Shown piece after piece: positions 8,697 to 18,725 of a DNA stretch of 64,000 bases. The notes beneath the pieces were generated by a model. It saw nothing but the letters and a program-made list of their open reading frames with translations, ran no database searches and was not told the origin of the DNA. This DNA comes from an uncultured Gemmatimonadaceae bacterium (lineage in GTDB: Bacteria > Gemmatimonadota > Gemmatimonadetes > Longimicrobiales > Gaopeijiaceae), in contig CAZZEL010000001.1 of NCBI GenBank assembly GCA_964652625.1, forward strand, positions 23,813-87,812, given 5' to 3'. Each line of letters begins with the position of its first letter. The first letter of the stretch is position 1. The translations under genes were made by a program, and so were the position numbers.

Positions 8697-10202
8697 ATGG
8701 GTTTCGACAACGAGAAGTACCTGCTGGAGCAGACCGCGGCCATCCGGGAGCGGGTGACCCGGTTCAAGGACAAGCTCTACCTGGAGTTCGGAGGGAAGCT
8801 CCTCTTCGACTTCCACGCCGCCCGGGTCCTTCCGGGCTTCGACCCCAACGTGAAGATGCGCCTTCTCCAGGAGATGGGGGATCAGGCCGAGGTCATCCTG
8901 TGCATCTACGCCGGGGACATCGAGCGGAAGAAAGTGAGGGCAGACTTCGGCATCACCTACGATGCCGACGCCCTGAAGCTCATTGACGACCTGGAGGACT
9001 GGGGCATTCCCGTCCGGGCCGTGGTCATCACCCGGTACGAGGAGCAGCCGGCGGCGGCCTCCTTCAAAGCCCGTCTGGAGCACCAGGGGATGGAAGTGCA
9101 TACCCACCGCTACACCCGGGGCTACCCCACGGAGGTGGACGTGGTGGTGAGCAAGGAAGGCTACGGGGCCAACAGCTACGTGGCCACGGAGAAGCCCATC
9201 GTGGTGGTCACCGGGCCCGGTCCCGGGAGCGGAAAGCTGGCCACCTGCCTCTCCCAGCTCTACCACGACTACCGGGGGGGGCTGGACTCGGGCTACGCCA
9301 AGTTCGAGACCTTTCCCATCTGGAATCTCCCCCTGGAGCATCCGGTGAACGTGGCCTACGAGGCGGCCACGGCGGAGCTGAGGGACGTGAACCGGCTGGA
9401 CCACTTTCACCTGGAGGCCTTCGACCAGCGGGCGGTGAACTACAACCGGGACCTGGAGGCCTTTCCCCTCCTCACCCGCATCGTGGAGAAGATCACGGGC
9501 CACCGGGCCTTCTATGCCTCCCCCACGGACATGGGGGTGAACCGGGCCGGCTTCGGTATCGTGGACGACCCGGTGGTCAGGGAGGCGGGAAAACAGGAGA
9601 TCGTCCGCCGCTACTTCCGCTACGCCTGCGAGCACAACATGGGTCTGGTGGACCAGGAGACGGTGCAGCGCATCGAGATCCTCATGGACAACCTGGGCCT
9701 GGAGCCGGAGAGCCGGCCCGTAGTGGCTCCGGCCCATGACGCTGCCGAGGAAGCCGTTCGAAAGGGGAAGGGGAACAACGGTATCTTCTGTGGGGCCGCC
9801 ATGGAGCTTCCCGACGGCACCATCGTCACCGGGAGCAACTCCCCCTTGATGCACGCCGCCAGCAGCCTGATTCTCAACGCCGCCAAGCGGCTCACCGGGA
9901 CACCCCGGGAGCAGGATCTCCTCCCCCCGGCCGTCACGGGCTCCCTGGGAAATCTGAAGAAGAACGTCCTGGCCCGAAGGAGGGTGAGCCTGGACGCGGA
10001 GGAGACCCTCATCGCCCTGGCCATCGCCTCCACCAGCGAGCCCAGCGCGAAAGCGGCACTCCCGGCCCTGCGAGAGATGCGGGGGTGCGAGGTGCACATG
10101 ACCCACATGCCGTCCCCGGGAGACGAGGCCGGTCTCCGGAAGCTGGGCGTGAACCTCACCACCGAGCCCCGCTTCGCCAGCCGGCGACTGTACGGAAGCT
10201 GA
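8697..10202 (+). CDS. DUF1846 (UPF0371) family protein
   Basis: ATG at 8697 (MGFDNEKYLLEQ...). Full-length resemblance to the DUF1846 family (LYLEFGGKLLFDFHAARVLPGFDPNVK..., VVVTGPGPGSGKLATCLSQLYHD). Confidence 0.85.
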   Translation: MGFDNEKYLLEQTAAIRERVTRFKDKLYLEFGGKLLFDFHAARVLPGFDPNVKMRLLQEMGDQAEVILCIYAGDIERKKVRADFGITYDADALKLIDDLEDWGIPVRAVVITRYEEQPAAASFKARLEHQGMEVHTHRYTRGYPTEVDVVVSKEGYGANSYVATEKPIVVVTGPGPGSGKLATCLSQLYHDYRGGLDSGYAKFETFPIWNLPLEHPVNVAYEAATAELRDVNRLDHFHLEAFDQRAVNYNRDLEAFPLLTRIVEKITGHRAFYASPTDMGVNRAGFGIVDDPVVREAGKQEIVRRYFRYACEHNMGLVDQETVQRIEILMDNLGLEPESRPVVAPAHDAAEEAVRKGKGNNGIFCGAAMELPDGTIVTGSNSPLMHAASSLILNAAKRLTGTPREQDLLPPAVTGSLGNLKKNVLARRRVSLDAEETLIALAIASTSEPSAKAALPALREMRGCEVHMTHMPSPGDEAGLRKLGVNLTTEPRFASRRLYGS

Positions 10203-10225
10203 GATCCACCCAACACCCGGGAATC

Positions 10226-11551
10226 ATGCACGAACCCCACTCAATGGCGGGACGGACCCGCCCGACACCCCCTTCCGCTCTCCTGGTGGAGCGTGCCCCC
10301 GTCTTCCTCCTTCTGGCCGGGCTCCTGGTGGCGGGAGCCCTCCAGGCTCTGGCTCCGGCCGCCGCCGGGGCCCAGGCTGACCGGGACGGAGAGGTCTACA
10401 CGCTGGAGGAGCTCCTGGAGATGGGTCGAAGCCAGAACCCCTCCGTCCTGGCCCTTCGGGCCCGGGAGGAGGCCATGGAGGCCCAGCGTCGGGACGCCGG
10501 TAGCTGGCCCAACCCGGAGCTGGGCCTGGAGGTTGGGGAGGGAGAGCCCTTCGCCTCCGAGGAGACCCGGACGATCCGGGGGGTGAGCCTGCGACAGGTC
10601 ATCGAGAACCCCTACACCCGACACCACCGGCTTCAGGCCCTGGACCGGCGGAAGGAGGCCACCGGAGAAGACCTGCGCCTGGGGATCCTGGACACGGAGT
10701 ACCAGATCCGGATGCACTTCTACCGGGTCCTCTACCTGCGGGAGCTCCTTCGCCTTGCCCGCCTGAACGAGGAGGCGCTGGCAGGGATCCGGGAGCTGGT
10801 GGAAACACGGGCCCGGGTGGGGGAGGTCCGAGAGCTGGAAGCCATCCGTCTCCGGGTGGAGCACCTTCGAGCCGAGAACGAGGTGGAGGCCGCCATCATG
10901 GAGCTGGAGCAGTATCGGAAGCACCTGAATACCTTCCTGGGAAACGTACTCCCCCCGGACTACGCCCTGAAGGGATCCCTGGACTATGAGGCCGGGGAAC
11001 CGGAGCTGGAGGACCTCGTCGCCGAGGCCCTCCCCGGACATCCCCGGGTGATTCGAGCCCGGCGGGAGCGGGAGGCCGCCGGGGCCGAGCTCCGGGGAGC
11101 CCGGTGGGGCTGGCTCCCGGACCCGGTCCTTTCCGGCTCCTCGAACCGGGTCCTGGATGGCACCATCCGGCGCCTGGGGCTGGGTCTCCAGCTGCCCCTG
11201 TGGAACCGGTCCGGCCAGGCGGCCCGGAAGGAGGAGGAGGAGCTCCGGGCCGCCGAGCACCGGGAGACGGCCATCCGTCAGGAGATGGAGGCTCAGCTCA
11301 TGATCCATCACAATCACCTCCGGCTGGCCCGACAGACCATCCAGTTCTTCGAGGAAGGGCTCCTCAGGGAGGCCCAGGCCAGCATGGAGATCGCCGAGAC
11401 CAGCTACCGTCAGGGGGAGATCTCCTTCGTGGAGTACCTGGACGCCCGACGCACCTATCACTCCATCCAGATCGAGCGGCAGCAAGCCCTCTTCGACTGG
11501 AACCGGGAGCGGGCGGCACTGGACCGGGCCGCCGGCGGGAGGACCTCATGA
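10226..11551 (+). CDS. TolC-family outer-membrane efflux protein (CzcC-like)
   Basis: Signal peptide ...ALAPAAAGAQA. Two-repeat OMF architecture. First gene of a three-gene pump operon. Start is at 10226 or 10244. Confidence 0.8.
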   Translation: MHEPHSMAGRTRPTPPSALLVERAPVFLLLAGLLVAGALQALAPAAAGAQADRDGEVYTLEELLEMGRSQNPSVLALRAREEAMEAQRRDAGSWPNPELGLEVGEGEPFASEETRTIRGVSLRQVIENPYTRHHRLQALDRRKEATGEDLRLGILDTEYQIRMHFYRVLYLRELLRLARLNEEALAGIRELVETRARVGEVRELEAIRLRVEHLRAENEVEAAIMELEQYRKHLNTFLGNVLPPDYALKGSLDYEAGEPELEDLVAEALPGHPRVIRARREREAAGAELRGARWGWLPDPVLSGSSNRVLDGTIRRLGLGLQLPLWNRSGQAARKEEEELRAAEHRETAIRQEMEAQLMIHHNHLRLARQTIQFFEEGLLREAQASMEIAETSYRQGEISFVEYLDARRTYHSIQIERQQALFDWNRERAALDRAAGGRTS

Positions 11552-12837
11552 CCCCCGAGCCATCGAGACACCGCAGCGGGTGGACCCTCCTTGTTGTCGC
11601 CCTCCTGGCCCCCCCGGGATTCACGGCCTGCTCCGGCGAAGCACCGGGTGGAGCTCCGGGAGCCCAGGAGGAGGAGGGTGGGCACCAGGCGGATGAGGAA
11701 CACGAAACCCACGCCGACCAGGGCCACGAGCTCCATGTGGAGCCGGGAAGCCTGGCTGGCTGGGACGTGGAGGTGGGGCCCGTGGCCCGGACCACCATCA
11801 CCGCCGAGATGGTCCTTCCCGGGGTCCTCACCGCCGACGAGAACCGGACGGCCCGGATCGCCCCCCTGGTCCCGGGCCAGGTGGCCGGTCTGGGGGCGGA
11901 TCTGGGGAGCAGGATCCGCCGGGGGGATACCCTGGCGAGGTTGAATGCCCCGGAGTTCACCCGGGCTCAGACGGACTACCTCCGGGCCTATACCCAGGCG
12001 GAGCTGAGCCGGACGGACTACGAGCGGGCCCTGGTCCTCCGGGAGCAGCGGGCCCTGGAGGACCGGGAGTTCCTCCGCCGCCAGTCCACCTACGAGGAGG
12101 CCCTCACCGGGCTCCAGGCCGCCGAGTCCCTCCTCCGGTCCCTGGGGGTGGAGGCCGACAGGCTCGCCGAGCTCCGGAGGAGCGTGGACGTGACCAGCCG
12201 GGAGCCCCCGGGCCGGGCCGTGGCTCCCTTCCTCCCCCTCCGGTCCCCCCTGGACGGAGTGGTGACGGAACGGAACGCGGTGCTGGGGGAGCACGTGCCC
12301 CCGGGTCGAGCCCTCTTCACGGTCTCGGATCTCTCGGTCCTGTGGGCCCGGCTGGACGCCTATGAGGACCAGGTCCCCCACCTGGATCCGGAGGCGGAGG
12401 TGGTGATCCGCAGCCCCCTGCTCCCGGACCGGGAGTTCCCGGGACGGATCACGGTGGTGGCGGACCGGGTGGATCCGGACCTCCGAACCCTCCGGGTCCG
12501 GGCGGAGGTGGCGAATCCGGAGGGCCTCCTGAAGCCCAACATGTACATTCGGGGGTTTCTCCGGATGCGGGACCCGGACAGGGAGCGTCTCGTGGTGCCG
12601 GAGGACGCCGTCCAGCTCCTGGAAGGGGAGCACGTGGTGTTCGTGGAACAGCCCCGGGAGCCGGGTGAAGAGCACCGGGTCTTCCGGGCCCGACACGTGA
12701 CCCCCGGGGAGATCCTCTCCGCCGGACGAGTCATCGAGGCCGGCCTGGACGGCACCGAGCAGGTGGCCCTCCAGGGAGCGTTCACTCTGAAGGCCGAGCT
12801 CACCAAGGGCGCCGCGGGGCACCAGCATGTGCATTGA
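11548..12837 (+). CDS. Efflux RND periplasmic adaptor subunit (CzcB-like) with His/Glu-rich N-terminus
   Basis: The ATG overlaps the upstream stop (ATGA). Lipobox-like PPGFTAC. His/acid-rich metal-binding-like stretch EEEGGHQADEEHETHADQGHELH. HlyD/MFP barrel-sandwich motifs. Confidence 0.85.
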   Translation: MTPEPSRHRSGWTLLVVALLAPPGFTACSGEAPGGAPGAQEEEGGHQADEEHETHADQGHELHVEPGSLAGWDVEVGPVARTTITAEMVLPGVLTADENRTARIAPLVPGQVAGLGADLGSRIRRGDTLARLNAPEFTRAQTDYLRAYTQAELSRTDYERALVLREQRALEDREFLRRQSTYEEALTGLQAAESLLRSLGVEADRLAELRRSVDVTSREPPGRAVAPFLPLRSPLDGVVTERNAVLGEHVPPGRALFTVSDLSVLWARLDAYEDQVPHLDPEAEVVIRSPLLPDREFPGRITVVADRVDPDLRTLRVRAEVANPEGLLKPNMYIRGFLRMRDPDRERLVVPEDAVQLLEGEHVVFVEQPREPGEEHRVFRARHVTPGEILSAGRVIEAGLDGTEQVALQGAFTLKAELTKGAAGHQHVH

Positions 12838-12873
12838 GACCCCCTCCAGGACCCGAGCTCCGGGAGCCCGACC

Positions 12874-15800
12874 ATGATCGCCCAGTCCATCCGGTTCCTG
12901 GTCCGGCAGAGGATCCTGGTCATCACCCTCACCACCACCGTGGCCCTCCTGGGCATCGTGGCCTACCGGAACCTCATCATCGACGTCTTCCCGGACCCCT
13001 CTCCGGCCCTGGTCCAGGTCTACACGGAGGCCGAGGGTCTCGCCCCCCAGGAGGTGGAGCAGCTGGTCTCCATTCCTGTGGAGGCCGCCATGTCCGGGCT
13101 GCCCCGGGTGGAGCGGATCCGGAGTACCTCCACCTACGGACTCTCCCTGGTGAACGTGTACTTCGAGCGGGGCACGGACATCTACTGGGCCCGACAGGTC
13201 CTGGCCCCCCGCCTGCACGAGATCCAGGCCGAGCTCCCTCCCCAGGCCGGAGAGCCCTTCCTGGGGCCCATCGCCACGGGTCTGGGGCTCGTCTACCTCT
13301 ACTACCTGGAAGGAGAGGACCACAACACCCTGGAGCTCCGGACCCTCCAGGACTGGCTCGTCAAGTACGAGCTCAAATCGGTGCCCCAGGTCTCCCAGGT
13401 CCTGAGCATCGGTGGGGACATCAAGCAGTACCAGATTCTGGTGGATCCCAACGCCCTGTTGAGCTACGACCTCACCCTCACGGAGCTCATGGAACGGATC
13501 CAGGCCAGCAACCGAAACGCGGCGGCGGGATTCATCACCCGGGGGCCGGAGGAGTTCATCGTCCGGAGCATCGGACTCGTGGAATCCGTGGAGGACCTGC
13601 AGCAGGTGGTGGTGTCCTCGCGGGAGGGCACCCCGGTCTACCTCTCCAGCGTGGCCCGTGTGGAGGTCCTCCCGGCCATCCGCCGGGGTGCGGCCCTGGC
13701 CAACGGAGAGGGGGAGAAGGTGGTGGGGATGGTGTTGAAGCTCTTCGGCTCCAACACGGCCCGGGTCATCGACCGGCTGGAGGAACGGATCGAGACCGTG
13801 AACGCCAGCCTCCCGGAGGGAGTCCAGATCGTCCCCTTCTACAACCAGGCCTCCTTCGTACGGGCCTGCTTCCGGACCGTGGCCGGGAGCCTGGGCCTGG
13901 GAGTCCTCCTGGTGGTGGGCGTCCTCTTCCTGTTCATGGGGCACCTGCCCTCCGCCTTCCTCACCATGCTCACCCTCCCCTTCTCCGTCCTCTTCGCCTT
14001 TATCGTCATGCAGCAGGCGGGACTGGCGGCGGACCTCATGAGCTTCGGAGGGCTGGCCATCGGCATCGGCCTCATCGCCGACGCCGCCATCATCTACGTG
14101 GAAAACACCTACCGGCACATCCAGGGGGGGATGGGCCGGCTTGAGGCCCTGGTCCGGAGTGGAGAGGAAGTCACCCGGCCCCTTTTCTTCGCCATCCTGA
14201 TCATCATCCTGGTCTTCCTCCCCATCTTCACCCTCCAGGGCACCGAAGGGGTGATGTTCCGGCCCATGGGCTTCGCCATCTCCGCGGCCCTCTTCGGCTC
14301 CCTCCTCTTTACCCTGGTGAGCATCCCGGCCCTGGGCTGGTACGTCCTGGGGACCCCGGCCCGGGAGAGGCGGCCCGACCCCCCTCTCATCCGGGCCGTC
14401 CGGGGTCGGTACCTGCGGTTCTTCCGCTGGTGCCGGAACCGGCGCCGGGGCGTCTTCGGTCTCACCGCCGTGGTCCTGGTGAGCGGCCTGGCCCTCCTGC
14501 CCTTCATGGGCCGGGAGTACATGCCCACCCTGAAGGAAGGCACCCTGCAGTTGGCCGTGACCATGAACCCCAACGTGAGCCTGGACGAATCCATCGCCAT
14601 GGGCACGGAGATCGAGAGGCGACTCCTGGCCATGGAAGGGGTCCGGGGCGTCCTCACCCGCATCGGCCGAGGGGAGGCCGGAAGCCACGGACACTTCGTC
14701 AACGACCTGCAGATCCTCATCCAGCTGGAAGGGGGACGGGAGGGGTGGCTGGGCGAGGACCTGGATCCCATCCAGGAGGCCATCGGCCATGAGCTGGAGG
14801 ACCTCCCGGGGATCAACCTGAACCTGTCCCAGCCCATCGCCCACAACCTGGATGAGCTTCTCACCGGAACCCGGGCCCAGTTGGCCGTGCGCATCTACGG
14901 AGAGGACTTCCAGACCCTCCGGCGGGTGTCGGACGAGATCGAGACCGTGCTGGCGGAGCTGGAAGGAGCGGTGGACGTGCAGACGGAACGCTTCACCGGG
15001 CAGAACAACCTGGTCATCCACCTGGACCGGGAAGCCCTGGCCCGACACGGGATGAACGTGGAGCGGGTCCAGCGGACGGTGGAGGCGGCCATCGGTGGGG
15101 TGGTGGTGGGACAGGTCTACGAGGGTCGGCGGCGATTCGACATCTTCGTCCGCTTCCTTCCGGAGTACCGGGGAGACCTGGAGCAGATCCACGACCTTCT
15201 GGTGCCCCTCCCCGGAGGGGGCCGGCTCCCCCTGAGCCAGCTGGCCCGGGTGGAGGAATCCGAAGGCGCCCGTCTCATCAACCGGGAGGAGAACCGGCGC
15301 TACAGCACCGTCCAGGCCAACGTCCGGGGACGGGACATGGGGCGCTTCGTGGAGGAGGCCCGGGACGCCGTGGCCCGTCTGGTGGACGTGCCCCCGGGTT
15401 ACATCGTCCGCTGGGGAGGCCAGTTCGAGCTCCAGGAGCGCTCCCGCCGGACCTTCCTCCTGGTCACCCCCCTCACCCTCCTCCTGGTCTCCATCCTCCT
15501 CTACACCATCTTCGGCTCCGTGCGGGAGGCCGGTGTCATTCTCCTCAACATCCCCCTGGCCCTCACCGGGGGCCTGGCGGCCCTTCTGGTGACGGGCCAG
15601 TACATGAGCGTGCCCGCCTCCATCGGCTTCATCGCCATCTTCGGCATCGCCCTGGAAGACGGCCTGGTGCTTCTCTCCACCATCCGTCGTCGATCCCGGG
15701 AGGGCACCGGACCGCTGGAAGCCGTCCAGTACGGAGTCACCACGAAGCTCCGGCCCGTCCTCATGACCACCTTCTCCACCATCTTCGGCATCCTGCCCCT

Positions 15801-15981
15801 GCTGCTGGCCACGGGTCCGGGAGCCGAGATCCAGCGCCCCCTGGCCACGGTGGTGGCCGGAGGACTCCTCACCAGCACCCTGGTGACCCTGGTGGTCCTG
15901 CCCCTGGTGTATCAGACCCTGTTGGAGAGAGCTCCCATGGAAGGGAGGGAAGGAGGATCGGGGCTCCTCACCCGAAGCTGA
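12874..15981 (+). CDS. CusA/CzcA-family heavy-metal efflux RND permease
   Basis: 1035-aa, 12-TM RND architecture with an N-terminus typical of the HME subfamily (MIAQSIRFLVRQRILVITLTT...). Follows the CzcC/CzcB-like genes. Confidence 0.9.
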   Translation: MIAQSIRFLVRQRILVITLTTTVALLGIVAYRNLIIDVFPDPSPALVQVYTEAEGLAPQEVEQLVSIPVEAAMSGLPRVERIRSTSTYGLSLVNVYFERGTDIYWARQVLAPRLHEIQAELPPQAGEPFLGPIATGLGLVYLYYLEGEDHNTLELRTLQDWLVKYELKSVPQVSQVLSIGGDIKQYQILVDPNALLSYDLTLTELMERIQASNRNAAAGFITRGPEEFIVRSIGLVESVEDLQQVVVSSREGTPVYLSSVARVEVLPAIRRGAALANGEGEKVVGMVLKLFGSNTARVIDRLEERIETVNASLPEGVQIVPFYNQASFVRACFRTVAGSLGLGVLLVVGVLFLFMGHLPSAFLTMLTLPFSVLFAFIVMQQAGLAADLMSFGGLAIGIGLIADAAIIYVENTYRHIQGGMGRLEALVRSGEEVTRPLFFAILIIILVFLPIFTLQGTEGVMFRPMGFAISAALFGSLLFTLVSIPALGWYVLGTPARERRPDPPLIRAVRGRYLRFFRWCRNRRRGVFGLTAVVLVSGLALLPFMGREYMPTLKEGTLQLAVTMNPNVSLDESIAMGTEIERRLLAMEGVRGVLTRIGRGEAGSHGHFVNDLQILIQLEGGREGWLGEDLDPIQEAIGHELEDLPGINLNLSQPIAHNLDELLTGTRAQLAVRIYGEDFQTLRRVSDEIETVLAELEGAVDVQTERFTGQNNLVIHLDREALARHGMNVERVQRTVEAAIGGVVVGQVYEGRRRFDIFVRFLPEYRGDLEQIHDLLVPLPGGGRLPLSQLARVEESEGARLINREENRRYSTVQANVRGRDMGRFVEEARDAVARLVDVPPGYIVRWGGQFELQERSRRTFLLVTPLTLLLVSILLYTIFGSVREAGVILLNIPLALTGGLAALLVTGQYMSVPASIGFIAIFGIALEDGLVLLSTIRRRSREGTGPLEAVQYGVTTKLRPVLMTTFSTIFGILPLLLATGPGAEIQRPLATVVAGGLLTSTLVTLVVLPLVYQTLLERAPMEGREGGSGLLTRS

Positions 15982-16285
15982 CCCGGGTCATGTTCTCCAG
16001 GAAGAGCCGGTCCCGGGGGGACAGGGCGCCGGGACCCTGGGCGTCCACCAGCTCCAGAAGGCGCTCCACCTCTGTGCGGTTCAGGGGGTGGAGCCGATCC
16101 AGTTTGACTTTCCCCCACATCTCACGGTCCACCTGGTGTCGGACCAGGTCCGAGGAATAGAAGGAGTTGGGCTTCTCCACCACCCGGCGCCTGGCCGTAC
16201 GCCGGCGACGCCGGCGTTTGTACCACGCACCGAGTCCAAGGGACAGCAGAAATCCCGTGAGGATGGCCGAGATCCAGAGAACCAT
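15968..16285 (-). CDS. Small single-TM protein, unknown function
   Basis: ATG at 16285 (MVLWISAILTGFLLSLGLGAWYKRRRRRR...). One N-terminal TM helix, an Arg-rich stop-transfer and a soluble tail. No family recognised. Confidence 0.45.
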   Translation of the reverse strand: MVLWISAILTGFLLSLGLGAWYKRRRRRRTARRRVVEKPNSFYSSDLVRHQVDREMWGKVKLDRLHPLNRTEVERLLELVDAQGPGALSPRDRLFLENMTRVSFG

Positions 16286-16516
16286 GGTCCTGCAGAGGAA
16301 AGAAGAGGATGTGTTCGAGCTCGTCCGGGGCCGTTTCCGCCCCCCTCTCTCTCGTAGACGAGTCTCCTGCCTGGAAAGTTGCAGCCAGCCACCCGGGAAT
16401 CGCAATGTGGCAGCTGTCCGGGGTACCCTGATCGCCCTCGGGGAACCCCGGACCCGGGCCGGCGGGTAGACGAACGGGGAGTCGCCCCTCACCTGTCCGT
16501 CAGCCTCTCCACCGCC

Positions 16517-18169
16517 ATGACCGAACCAGCCGCCGCTGCAGACGTTCGTCCCCTTTCCAATCCCACGGCCCGGCCCGTCCTGAAGGCCCTGCGGAAAGCG
16601 AAGGGACGGGCCACCACCGGAGATGTCATGGCCGCCACGGGTCTGGCCCGGGACGAGGTGGAGGCCACCCTCCGGGGTCTACTGGAGACCAGGAGGGGGC
16701 ACCTGGAGGTGGGGGAAGCCGGCACCCTCGTCTACCGCTTCGACCCCCGGCTCATCCAGCGGGATGCCGAACCCCTCTGGTCACGTCTCCGGGAAGGGGC
16801 CTGGGCCCTCTTCGCCCGGGCCTTCAAGGTCTGGACCGTCCTCATGCTGGTGGTCTACTTCGTCCTCTTCGTGGCCCTGCTGGTGGCCGCCCTGGTGGCC
16901 AGCCAGTCCCGGGGGGGAGGCCGGGGAGGTGGCCGACGCTGGGGAGGCGGTAGCCACCGTGGGGGATTCGGGGGCTTTCCCACCTTCTGGTTCTGGTACG
17001 TGTTCTGGACCCCGGACTGGCGCTGGGGCCGTCCCTACTACGGCCGGCGCTGGGAGCGACGCTACGGGAAGGGACGGGACGGAAAACCCCGGGTCCCCTT
17101 CCTGAAGAAGGTCTTCGCCTTCGTCTTCGGCCCGGACCGGCCCCGTCCCACCCGGCGCCAGAGAGACCGGAGCATCCTACGCCTCATCCGGGCCCGGAAG
17201 GGCGTGCTCACGGCGGCGGAGCTGGTGCAGCACACGGGCCAGGAGCTCCACGAGGCCGAGGGGGAGATGGCCCGGCTCATGGCCGCCCACGGCGGAGACG
17301 TGAAGGTCTCGGAGGGCGGGGTCCTCACCTACGTCTTCCCGGAGCTCATGGTGAGCGCCCGAGGACGAGTGCGGGACCGGGAGCCGGATCCGGCCTGGCG
17401 GCGCCTGGAGCCTGCGGAGTCCGTCACCGGGAACGACGGAAAGGCCAACGCCATCATCGGGGGGATGAACGGATTCAACATGGTGGCCGCCGCCACGGCC
17501 CCCTGGTTCATCTTCCCGGAGCTGGGTCTGGGCGGTCCGGTGGCCTGGGTGGGCCTGGTCTGGGTCCCCCTCCTCTTCAGCGCCTCCTTCTTCGCCATCC
17601 CCCTGGTCCGGAGCCTGGGGGTCCGGGCCCGTAACCGGAAGCGTGCCCGGCGAAACCTCCGGAAACTCGTCCTGGGAAAGGTCTTCCAGGCCTCCCTGGT
17701 AGGCGACGGCGCCCAGCCCCTGTCCGTGACGGAGGCCCGGGAGCACGTCAAGGCCCTGGCCCCCCGCATCTCCCGGGAGGAGGACGGCGCTCCGGTGCGC
17801 GCCTCCGGCAGGGGGGTGGAGGCGGAGCTCCAGGCGCTGCTGGCCGAGTTCGACGGAGAGGTGCAGGAAGGCTCCGAGGGAAACGTGACCTACCGGTTTC
17901 CCGCCATCCTGGAGGAATTCCGGGGGAGCGAGAGGATGCGCCGACGTCTGGCCCTCCAGGAGCAGGAGGTGGGAGCCATCGTCTATGCCAGCGACGACAC
18001 CCCGGAGGAAGCGGGCCGGAGGGAGATGGAGGCCTTCGACCGGGAGATGGAGCGGGAGCGGGCCCTGGAGGCCTATGTCCAGGCCCCGGACCGGGTGGAC
18101 ATCCTGGACGACTTCGAGCTGGTGGCCTTCGAAGAGGAGATGAAGCGGGGCCAGGCGATGTCCGCCTGA
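16517..18169 (+). CDS. Membrane protein of unknown function with three repeated winged-helix-like modules and a Gly/Arg/Trp-rich segment
   Basis: ATG at 16517. Three modules end in G-x-[LV]-x-Y-x-F (EAGTLVYRF, EGGVLTYVF, EGNVTYRF). At least three hydrophobic helices. Low-complexity stretch SRGGGRGGGRRWGGGSHRGGFGGFPTFWFWYVFWTPDWRWGRPYYGRRWERRYGKG. Confidence 0.6.
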   Translation: MTEPAAAADVRPLSNPTARPVLKALRKAKGRATTGDVMAATGLARDEVEATLRGLLETRRGHLEVGEAGTLVYRFDPRLIQRDAEPLWSRLREGAWALFARAFKVWTVLMLVVYFVLFVALLVAALVASQSRGGGRGGGRRWGGGSHRGGFGGFPTFWFWYVFWTPDWRWGRPYYGRRWERRYGKGRDGKPRVPFLKKVFAFVFGPDRPRPTRRQRDRSILRLIRARKGVLTAAELVQHTGQELHEAEGEMARLMAAHGGDVKVSEGGVLTYVFPELMVSARGRVRDREPDPAWRRLEPAESVTGNDGKANAIIGGMNGFNMVAAATAPWFIFPELGLGGPVAWVGLVWVPLLFSASFFAIPLVRSLGVRARNRKRARRNLRKLVLGKVFQASLVGDGAQPLSVTEAREHVKALAPRISREEDGAPVRASGRGVEAELQALLAEFDGEVQEGSEGNVTYRFPAILEEFRGSERMRRRLALQEQEVGAIVYASDDTPEEAGRREMEAFDREMERERALEAYVQAPDRVDILDDFELVAFEEEMKRGQAMSA

Positions 18170-18216
18170 CCCCGAGCATCTCCTTCGGAGCGGTCTATCC
18201 GTCTCTCAGCCTTCCC

Positions 18217-18432
18217 TCATCCTTCCTCCGGAGCCGGCGCCGGTCCTTTCCGCTCCAGGATGTTCTCCAGGGGGCAGAATCGGGTGAAGCTGGACTGGAA
18301 GAGGTTCAGTCCCACGAAGGCGGTGAAAAGAAAGAACCAGGGGCTCACCCAGTAGCCCAGGGCCAGGGACACCAGGACGAAGGTCCCGGCCACCCGGCGA
18401 ACCACGTAATGCGTGTTGTTGCTGCAAGCCAT
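18217..18432 (-). CDS. DUF2892 (YgaP membrane-anchor-like) two-TM protein
   Basis: ATG at 18432 (MACSNNTHYVVRRVAGTFVLVSLALGYWVSPWFFLFTAFVGLNLFQSSFTRFCPLENIL), the typical DUF2892 pattern. It starts 2 nt after the upstream stop. Confidence 0.7.
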   Translation of the reverse strand: MACSNNTHYVVRRVAGTFVLVSLALGYWVSPWFFLFTAFVGLNLFQSSFTRFCPLENILERKGPAPAPEEG

Positions 18433-18434
18433 GA

Positions 18435-18725
18435 TCAAACCACCTCCGTTGCATCCATGATGTACGCTCTCAGGCCCTCTTCCTTCCCGGCCTGCTCGTC
18501 CAGCTCCTCCAGCTCCTTGCAGAGGGTCTCGCACATGCCCTCCCGGATCACCGTGAAGAAGAGGGTGCTGGAGCCGGGGAAGGCACGGCTTCCCTCTTTC
18601 CGGCCCGTCTGGCCCTTGCCGAAGACGTTGGGAAGCTCCGTGTAGCCGGGCACTTCATGCTCTTCCAGGATCCTCTCCACGTCTTCCTCGTGGTTCGAAT
18701 CCACCAGAATCATCAGCAGTTTCAT
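18435..18725 (-). CDS. Small P-II-fold-like protein of the type found 3' of RND pump genes
   Basis: ATG at 18725 overlaps the RND stop (ATGA). 96 aa with a beta-alpha-beta x2 pattern and a Gly/Lys loop (MKLLMILVD...GYTELPNVFGKGQTGRKEGSRAFPGSSTLFFTVI...). The family assignment is by pattern only. Confidence 0.6.
   Translation of the reverse strand: MKLLMILVDSNHEEDVERILEEHEVPGYTELPNVFGKGQTGRKEGSRAFPGSSTLFFTVIREGMCETLCKELEELDEQAGKEEGLRAYIMDATEVV

Noticed and set aside
11458-15192. 1244-aa ORF on the minus strand, the longest ORF in the track
   Set aside because: It is entirely antisense to the clearly recognisable CzcB/CzcA genes. Its translation is G/P/H/E/D/R-rich with no motif. This is a typical shadow ORF of high-GC coding DNA.
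18692-18705. GGTTCGAATCCACC, a tRNA T-loop-like string
   Set aside because: It lies inside the well-supported P-II-like coding sequence (codons for ...LVDSNHE... on the minus strand), and no cloverleaf is possible around it.
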